Below are positions 25,900 through 32,000 of a DNA stretch of 32,000 bases, piece after piece. The DNA is taken from contig NC_009925.1 of assembly GCF_000018105.1 (NCBI RefSeq), positions 1,800,001 through 1,832,000 on the forward strand, given 5' to 3'. The position numbers were made by a program, and so were the translations under genes. The notes beneath the pieces were generated by a model. That model saw only the letters and a list, made by a program, of their open reading frames with translations, had not been told where the DNA came from and did not search any database. Within the stretch, counting starts at the first letter, position 1. Each line of letters starts with the position of its first letter. The stretch comes from Acaryochloris marina MBIC11017 (GTDB lineage Bacteria > Cyanobacteriota > Cyanobacteriia > Thermosynechococcales > Thermosynechococcaceae).

Positions 25900-26829
25900 G
25901 TGATTGCCACCTCCTTCGAGATACCTCAATTATTGATTCAGATGGGGAGCAACTGCGAACCCTTTGAACTTCAATCCGGTTTGGAGTGGACGGTGGGACG
26001 CCATCCCAGTAATCCGATTCAACTCGGCGATCGCTGTGCATCTCGGCAGCATGCCAAATTAGTGCGGTTGCAAGATCATCACTACTGCTATGTCGATCTC
26101 AATAGCCGGAACGGCTCTAAACTGCGCGGTCGTTCGATCAAATCCCCCGTTCTGCTACAGAATGGAGATCGCATCAAGATTGGCGATACTTACCTAATTT
26201 TTCAAGATATTCCCACCCATCGGACGACGGGCAATGGTACACCGGACAAAGCCCAGGTCTTACTTCTACAGGCAGATGCACTCCAAGGAAAAATCTGGCA
26301 AACGGTGTTGCAATCCCAAACCATAGACAGCTATTGGGAATCAGCTGACATTGACCTCAAAGCTTACCTACCGCGACGCGTAGCCTCCGGTTCCCTCCCA
26401 CAATTACTCGTCCTTGATACTCACATTCTCGGCGATCAAACCTATGAGGTTTGCGCCTGGTGCGCTCAAACCTTTCCCCAGCTCAAGATTATTGTCAATA
26501 ACAGCCAGGAACGCCAAATCCTGATGTCAGAACGGCAAAAGGCAGCACAGGCCGGCTGTTTAAACTGGTTCCCCGCCTTCCGAGAACCCAAGTTGATCGA
26601 TAATATCGCCGGAATTGTAGTGCAGGCTAACGGGGTCATGAATATCCTGGGCGGTACCCTCCGTCAAGACAAGTTATTCACAGCTTTAAAGTCCTTTGAA
26701 AAACTACTGGGCGAAGTAGCAACCCTGCAGCCACCCCCTAAACCCGTTGCCCCCTCGCAACCCTCTCCTGCGGCAGCTGACCAAAACGGAGACCTAACTC
26801 AGGTCACCCATGTCAGTCGCAAGGGCTAA
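25900..26829 (+). CDS. FHA-domain protein with a degenerate receiver-like domain and a Pro-rich tail
   Basis: FHA: WTVGRHPSNPIQLGDRCASRQHAKL...DLNSRNGSKLRG...GDRIKIGDTYLIF. It is followed by a CheY-like alpha/beta pattern (VLLLQAD..., LLVLDTHI..., KIIVNNS..., FPAF) that lacks several catalytic residues. GTG start; ATG 25942 is an alternative. Confidence 0.7.
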   Translation: MIATSFEIPQLLIQMGSNCEPFELQSGLEWTVGRHPSNPIQLGDRCASRQHAKLVRLQDHHYCYVDLNSRNGSKLRGRSIKSPVLLQNGDRIKIGDTYLIFQDIPTHRTTGNGTPDKAQVLLLQADALQGKIWQTVLQSQTIDSYWESADIDLKAYLPRRVASGSLPQLLVLDTHILGDQTYEVCAWCAQTFPQLKIIVNNSQERQILMSERQKAAQAGCLNWFPAFREPKLIDNIAGIVVQANGVMNILGGTLRQDKLFTALKSFEKLLGEVATLQPPPKPVAPSQPSPAAADQNGDLTQVTHVSRKG

Positions 26830-28116
26830 TTCAGCTTGTAGAAAGTCAATAAATTGACGAGCCGTGCGGCCAGATCGGCCATTATGGCGGGTTGCCCATT
26901 GCAACGCCCGAAATTTGAGATCTTCTGCGCTGAGAGCTAATTTCGCTTGGCCCGAAAGATGGAACACCATTTTGAGATAGGTCTCTTGATTAGCAGGGGT
27001 GAAAGTGAGGGTAAGACCAAAGCGATCGCTAAGGGATAATTTTTCTTGAACCGTATCCCAGGAATGGATTTCATCGCTGTCCTGTGGGCGCGGACGATCA
27101 TCAAAGAACTCCCGAATCAAATGCCGGCGATTGGACGTGGCATAGACAATCACATTGTCAGGTCTAGCTGCCACGTTTCCTTCTAGAACCACTTTTAAGG
27201 CTTTATAACTCTCTTCGTCTTCCTCAAACGAGAGGTCATCCACGAAAATAATGAACTTTTGGGGACAGTTCTGGATCTGGGCCAAGATCTGCGGTAACTC
27301 AATCAGGGCAGATTTACGAACTTCAATTAAACGTAAGCCCCGATTGCCATAGAGCGGTAATAGGGCTTTAATTAGGGCTGATTTACCAGCCCCTCGACTG
27401 CCATAGAGCAAGATATTCAGGGCAGGATACCCTCGGAGTAGTGCTTCGGTATTTTTCAGAAGCTGGTCTCGCTGATCTTCATATCCCACTAGCGCATCCA
27501 TCGCAATCCCATCCGGGTAGCGATGACCTTGGAGTTGACCTTCATGCCAACTAAAGGCCCGATATTGAGCCATCAGTCCACAGCCGACTTGGCGATGATA
27601 CTCTGCTAACGCAGGCAAGGCTTCTGCCCAATGGTCGTACTCTTGCAAAAATGACACGGTCTGAGCAGTATCTGTTTGAGTGGTGCTGGGTAACGGTGGT
27701 AAAGCAGGTCCCCCCAATTGGTCAATGGCTTGGGTAAGGTCTTCTGGGCTCCACTGCCAGAGTTGCTGTAGAGTCTTCAAATCGTATCGGACGGCCTCTA
27801 GGAGTTCAGCAGGAAGTTGCTCTAGGGGGTGATGCTGAACTTGCAAGGTGAAGGGGTTGTCGGAGTCCGACATTCGTTTTAATAAGTAATCCGGCCAGCT
27901 GTGTTGAGTCGCTGATAAGGCCTTAAATAACTGTCCGTAGGCCCAAAGTACCTGAGATAAATCCGGCTCAGGCTGCTGCAGGACATTTAGAACGGATAAA
28001 AATGCTTGCCCTACTTCATCTTCCCAAACGGAGGAATAGAGTAACAAGGACGCTGCCTGCTGCTCAAGGATCACCCATAGAGATTCAGGAGAGGTATTTG
28101 GCCGATCAGATCCCAA
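26794..28116 (-). CDS. DUF815-type AAA/P-loop ATPase with an N-terminal cyanobacterial extension
   Basis: Walker A LLYGSRGAGKSAL, Walker B FIIFVDDLSF, sensor VIVYATSNRRHLI, C-terminal HNGRSGRTARQFIDFL, typical of DUF815. Confidence 0.8.
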   Translation of the reverse strand: MGSDRPNTSPESLWVILEQQAASLLLYSSVWEDEVGQAFLSVLNVLQQPEPDLSQVLWAYGQLFKALSATQHSWPDYLLKRMSDSDNPFTLQVQHHPLEQLPAELLEAVRYDLKTLQQLWQWSPEDLTQAIDQLGGPALPPLPSTTQTDTAQTVSFLQEYDHWAEALPALAEYHRQVGCGLMAQYRAFSWHEGQLQGHRYPDGIAMDALVGYEDQRDQLLKNTEALLRGYPALNILLYGSRGAGKSALIKALLPLYGNRGLRLIEVRKSALIELPQILAQIQNCPQKFIIFVDDLSFEEDEESYKALKVVLEGNVAARPDNVIVYATSNRRHLIREFFDDRPRPQDSDEIHSWDTVQEKLSLSDRFGLTLTFTPANQETYLKMVFHLSGQAKLALSAEDLKFRALQWATRHNGRSGRTARQFIDFLQAELALATDMGDLS

Positions 28117-28206
28117 AATATGCCCCGGAAAGAGTACTGCTTCAGTTTATTTCACAACTGGCGTGCAGTTTTACCACCAAACTCATTGGCTAGTTGATGG
28201 TATCTT

Positions 28207-29097
28207 CTATGGCCCAACGGTCCCCACCACTTGCACCAGGGGATAACTGCCAAATACTTTCAGCACTTCAGTGTGAGAGGTTAACTCATCTAAAGCAGAT
28301 TGAAAAAAGCTGGTATTTAAGTCCGCCTCTGCATCCACAAAAAAGACATATTCTCCTAAGGAGCGTTTGCTGGGACGAGACTCAATCCGACTGAGATTAA
28401 TATGTCGGTCATTGAAAATCTTTAGGGGCTGCAACAACGCACCGGGAACATTTGCTGGCAAGCTAAAGGCTAAAGATGTATATACCGGGCTACCCTCTGG
28501 AGCCGTAACGGGATAAGGTGTCTCTTTTTGGCTCACAATCCAAAATCGGGTGCAGTTATCGGGATGATCTTGGATGGACCGCTGAATCACCGGCAGTTGG
28601 TACAGCTGAGCCGCTCGTTCTGAGGAGATCGCTGCAATTGAACCGTCCTCATCCACATAATTAAGGGCCTCTGTCGTTGAGCTGGCAGGCACCAAGGTCG
28701 CTTGGGGTAAGTTATGTTTCAGCCAGGTCTGGCATTGTCCGAGGGCTTGCGGGTGAGAATAGACCGCTTGAATCGACTGCAATTGTTGCGCTTTGGCAAT
28801 CAAGACATGCTCAATGGATAACACTAAAGCTTGCCGAATTTGCAGCATTTCCAGCTGCCAGACGGTATCTAAGGTAACGGAGACACTGCCTTCAATGGAG
28901 TTCTCGACTGGGGAAACAGAAAGTTTAGTATCGCCAGCAGCGGTCGATTGCAGCGCTTGGGCAATGCTGGGACAGGGACAGAGGATGGGGATCGGCTGTT
29001 GCGTAAGATTAGCGTACCAATCCGCATATGCGATCGCAGCTTGTTCTGCATAGGTTCCTGCAGGCCCCAGGTGGGCAATGGAAAGCGACATAAACAT
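28207..29097 (-). CDS. pheA: Prephenate dehydratase
   Basis: IAHLGPAGTYAEQAA, the TRF motif (NCTRFWIV), and an ACT domain TSLAFSLPANVPGALLQPLKIFNDRHINLSRIESRP...EYVFFVD. Confidence 0.9.
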   Translation of the reverse strand: MFMSLSIAHLGPAGTYAEQAAIAYADWYANLTQQPIPILCPCPSIAQALQSTAAGDTKLSVSPVENSIEGSVSVTLDTVWQLEMLQIRQALVLSIEHVLIAKAQQLQSIQAVYSHPQALGQCQTWLKHNLPQATLVPASSTTEALNYVDEDGSIAAISSERAAQLYQLPVIQRSIQDHPDNCTRFWIVSQKETPYPVTAPEGSPVYTSLAFSLPANVPGALLQPLKIFNDRHINLSRIESRPSKRSLGEYVFFVDAEADLNTSFFQSALDELTSHTEVLKVFGSYPLVQVVGTVGP

Positions 29098-29212
29098 CCC
29101 TGATCATTACAGACAGTTTATCTGGGTTTGTGAAAGTTCATCTGAGGAATCTACCCACGAATCAGCCAAAGAAATGTAAAATTACCTTAACAGTCCCGTA
29201 ACGTTCTCGTTT

Positions 29213-29797
29213 ATGCAACTTAACTTTGCAGCCTCCCATTCTGTTTTAATCACTGTCCCAGAGGCGTCAGTGCCCATCCAGCACTACTTACGGCAACCCC
29301 GTCGCTTAGTCTATGCCCTCACGGATCGCAGTCGAGTTGAGCGTCTTGCTGATGACTGTTTTCGCCTCACCATGCGCCCCCGAGAATTTCTGGCCATGAG
29401 TTTTCAGCCTGTCGTCGACCTGAAAGTCTGGGCAGAACCCAACGGCACTGTACATTTACGGTCTGTGGGCTGTGAAATTCGCGGCATTGAGTATATCAAT
29501 AACCGTTTTGATCTCACTTTGAACGGTAAGCTCTATCCCCTAGCGACCGATGGTCCAACCCAGCTGATGGGTCAGGGAGATGTCAGCGTGAGCGTTGAAC
29601 TCCCCCCAATTTTTTGGATGACGCCCCAGCCCATTTTGGAAGCAGCCGGTCAGCGGATACTGCAAGGCATCTTTTTAACCTTTAAGCAGCGGCTTGGACA
29701 TCAGCTAGTTGAGGATTACTTGAGGTGGGCAGGTACTTCTCAGCCGTCTGTGACGGATTCTGTTCATGGTTTATCGGCCAATCCTTCAAGCTACTAA
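29213..29797 (+). CDS. DUF1997 domain protein
   Basis: 194 aa. The blocks IQHYLRQPRRLVYAL, ERLADDCFRLTMRP, FQPVVDLKVW and LQGIFLTFKQRL match the cyanobacterial/plastid DUF1997 family as I recall it. Confidence 0.7.
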   Translation: MQLNFAASHSVLITVPEASVPIQHYLRQPRRLVYALTDRSRVERLADDCFRLTMRPREFLAMSFQPVVDLKVWAEPNGTVHLRSVGCEIRGIEYINNRFDLTLNGKLYPLATDGPTQLMGQGDVSVSVELPPIFWMTPQPILEAAGQRILQGIFLTFKQRLGHQLVEDYLRWAGTSQPSVTDSVHGLSANPSSY

Positions 29798-29810
29798 AAT
29801 CCCTAAATAG

Positions 29811-31703
29811 TCACGAAATAACCCGATTGCGACCTTGTTGTTTAGCCCGATAAAGGGCAGCATCGGCTGCTTCCAATAATTCTGTGTAGGTCTGTTGAGT
29901 ATTAGGGATGACAGTTGCTACTCCTAAACTCAGGGTGACCTGGTCGCTAGCAGATGAGGTCTTATGGGGAATCCTGAGGACTTCGATAGCTGTGCGTATC
30001 ATCTCAGCAATGTGGGTGGCGCCAGGAAGGGGCGTATTGGGAAGCAACACTACAAACTCTTCCCCGCCATAGCGGGCTACCATATCCGCAGGACGTTTAA
30101 CGCTTTTATCGATGGCTAAGGCAACTTCCTGCAAACAGGTATCTCCCGCCTGATGCCCATAGGTATCGTTATATTGTTTGAAATGGTCTACGTCACACAA
30201 AATAATGGACAAGGGCTGTTGTTCGCGCCGCAGTCGCCTCCACTCCTTGTCTAAGGATTCATCAAAGCTACGGCGATTATGGATCGACGTCAGTCCATCA
30301 ATGCGGCTGAGCTGTTGTAATTGCTGATTCAGTTGCTTCAGTTTTGCTTCTGCACGATGGCGCTCTTCAATTTCTTGTTGCAGCTGTAAATTACGATCAT
30401 AAAGGGCCTGGGTCCTCTCTCGGACTTTGTCTTCTAAATCGGCATTAATGATGGCACGGTCTAAAATACTGCCGGCTTGGGTATTAAAGGCCATCAAAAA
30501 GGTCTCATCTGTCTTACTGAAATTTATCCGATACCGCTCCGGCACTTCTCCTCGTCTAGATTCTGCGTTAGCAATACTAGGACGATATTTATTCGCCAAT
30601 TGTGCAATGGCGATCAGTTTGCCATGGGCGTTCAGAACAGGCATGCACAACACACTATAAAGGGGGGTATTACACCCAAATTGATGAGTGGATAAGGGCA
30701 GATGGTTAAAGGCATAATTCAGGGGGTGCTGAGTCTCCACCAATTTACCCAAAAGCCCTGTCCCTAGAGGAATTTGTTGATGGGGAATATTGGCATAGGT
30801 CCACAGCCGATGATGATCTTGATCCACGAGCCACAAAATGGAGTGCTCAGCCTGCATTAATTGTTTGGCTTCCGCCATGATGTGAAGAAGAGTCTCCTGT
30901 AGAGATAAGCCGCTTTGGCCTAGCACTTGAGTAGAGGCCATCAATGCATTGGCAGCGCGCTGTTTTTGGGCTGCGGCATAGAACGCTTTAGAACTCTCAA
31001 GTAAAAGACCGATCACTTCTACAAATTCTGCAAAAATTTTCTCATCAGCTGCCCCAAATCCCTGGTGATGAATTCGATCCTGGATGGGAAGGGTGGGATG
31101 TACACCTGGACGGATTTTGTTCAACATTTGGACAACGGCCAGTAGCTGTCCCTGTTGATCTAAAACCGGGATTGCCAATAGGGTATAGGTTCGGTACCCT
31201 GTGCGCCGATCTTGCTTTTTGGCTTCTTCCGAGCGGGGATCATCATAGAAGTCATAGGGAATATTAAGGGTCTCTTGGTGAGTTGCCACGTGACCCGCAA
31301 TCCCCCGATTAGCCGGAAGACGAATTTCAATGGAGTTCGACCCACTCTCTTCTTGGACCATAGACCATAGCTCTTGCTGCTCCGCATCAAACATAAAAAT
31401 CGTGGTTCGATCGGCATCGAGCAGTTCACCTATTTTGAGGGCCATGGAATGGAGTAAGTCATTCAAAACACCCTGGAATCCCTGATCCTCCAACATGCAT
31501 AGGGTTTGATGGACAATGCTGAGTTCCTGTTGGACTTGCTGAACCACTTGACGAAAGGTTTGTTGGGTTAATGGAGCCAACAGTTGCGCAAATCTGCCAG
31601 GTATAGGTTTGGGTTGACCGACTTGCGTCAAAAATTGCGGTGTGTTGTTGGCCGCATGATTAACCGCGAGTTGCTGAGATGAATGTGTAGAAATAGCCTT
31701 CAT
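29811..31703 (-). CDS. GAF-GAF-GGDEF diguanylate cyclase
   Basis: Two GAF-like modules, a coiled-coil linker (LQQEIEERHRAEAKLKQLNQQLQQLS) and a GGDEF domain with an intact GGEEF active site. The RxxD I-site (RPAD) lies five residues upstream. Confidence 0.88.
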   Translation of the reverse strand: MKAISTHSSQQLAVNHAANNTPQFLTQVGQPKPIPGRFAQLLAPLTQQTFRQVVQQVQQELSIVHQTLCMLEDQGFQGVLNDLLHSMALKIGELLDADRTTIFMFDAEQQELWSMVQEESGSNSIEIRLPANRGIAGHVATHQETLNIPYDFYDDPRSEEAKKQDRRTGYRTYTLLAIPVLDQQGQLLAVVQMLNKIRPGVHPTLPIQDRIHHQGFGAADEKIFAEFVEVIGLLLESSKAFYAAAQKQRAANALMASTQVLGQSGLSLQETLLHIMAEAKQLMQAEHSILWLVDQDHHRLWTYANIPHQQIPLGTGLLGKLVETQHPLNYAFNHLPLSTHQFGCNTPLYSVLCMPVLNAHGKLIAIAQLANKYRPSIANAESRRGEVPERYRINFSKTDETFLMAFNTQAGSILDRAIINADLEDKVRERTQALYDRNLQLQQEIEERHRAEAKLKQLNQQLQQLSRIDGLTSIHNRRSFDESLDKEWRRLRREQQPLSIILCDVDHFKQYNDTYGHQAGDTCLQEVALAIDKSVKRPADMVARYGGEEFVVLLPNTPLPGATHIAEMIRTAIEVLRIPHKTSSASDQVTLSLGVATVIPNTQQTYTELLEAADAALYRAKQQGRNRVIS

Positions 31704-32000
31704 ACCAAACCTATACGCAAGACCAGCAGACTGTCAGGTAAGGACCCAAGGCCACCCACCCAGAAACAATCCAGATGAAAGAGTGCTTAATCTAAATCAA
31801 ATAGATATTTTTTAAAGAAAAATTAAATAATTAGTATGTTTAAGAATGTAAATACGAATAGGCCTAGCGTGCCCAATTGGGTCACAGGCTTAACAAGATA
31901 ACGCTGCTATATCGTTCCACCGTTTATCCCAAAAAAACAACATAGACGCCTGGCTTTGGACAAGAAAATGAGTTTTCTGGACTCTAAACAGCGATAAAAA

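Overview
The window looks like an ordinary chromosomal segment of a cyanobacterium. Supporting this are at least 10 exact HIP1 octamers (GCGATCGC), an SLH/OprB-type porin, a DevBCA-type exporter, a group-1 sigma factor ending in [14 protein letters not shown], a DUF1997 protein and two pentapeptide-repeat proteins. I support about 27 protein-coding genes and one RNA gene (initiator tRNA-Met).

Genes, left to right:
- ftsW-like 5' part (partial)
- GNAT acetyltransferase
- small orphan ORF
- SLH-OprB porin
- thioredoxin-like 2Fe-2S protein
- a problematic 1.06-kb stretch with three overlapping same-strand ORFs
- devA, devC and devB homologues
- secreted pentapeptide protein
- secreted hypothetical protein
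- two tandem membrane-anchored GTPases
- tRNA-fMet
- BicA-like SulP transporter
- primary sigma factor SigA
- PBP4 (dacB) translationally coupled to a Cu(I) P1B-ATPase
- APH-like kinase/P-loop kinase fusion
- 501-aa pentapeptide protein
- YpfJ metallopeptidase
- cupin protein
- FHA plus degenerate-receiver protein
- DUF815 ATPase
- prephenate dehydratase
- DUF1997 protein
- GAF-GAF-GGDEF cyclase

I found no transposase, integrase, CRISPR array, phage genes or rRNA, and no convincing novel multi-gene system (for example a defence island).

The most checkable non-obvious signals:
1. A 19/19 match to the classical Fur box in the porin promoter.
2. A textbook NtcA-activated promoter (GTA-N8-TAC-N22-TAGAAT) between the devBCA-like operon and the secreted pentapeptide gene.
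3. The unresolved three-frame ORF cluster at 4146-5204, upstream of the 2Fe-2S gene.
4. The conserved but uncharacterised tandem GTPase/DUF697-like operon.

All family assignments come from reading motifs by eye. No database search was possible.
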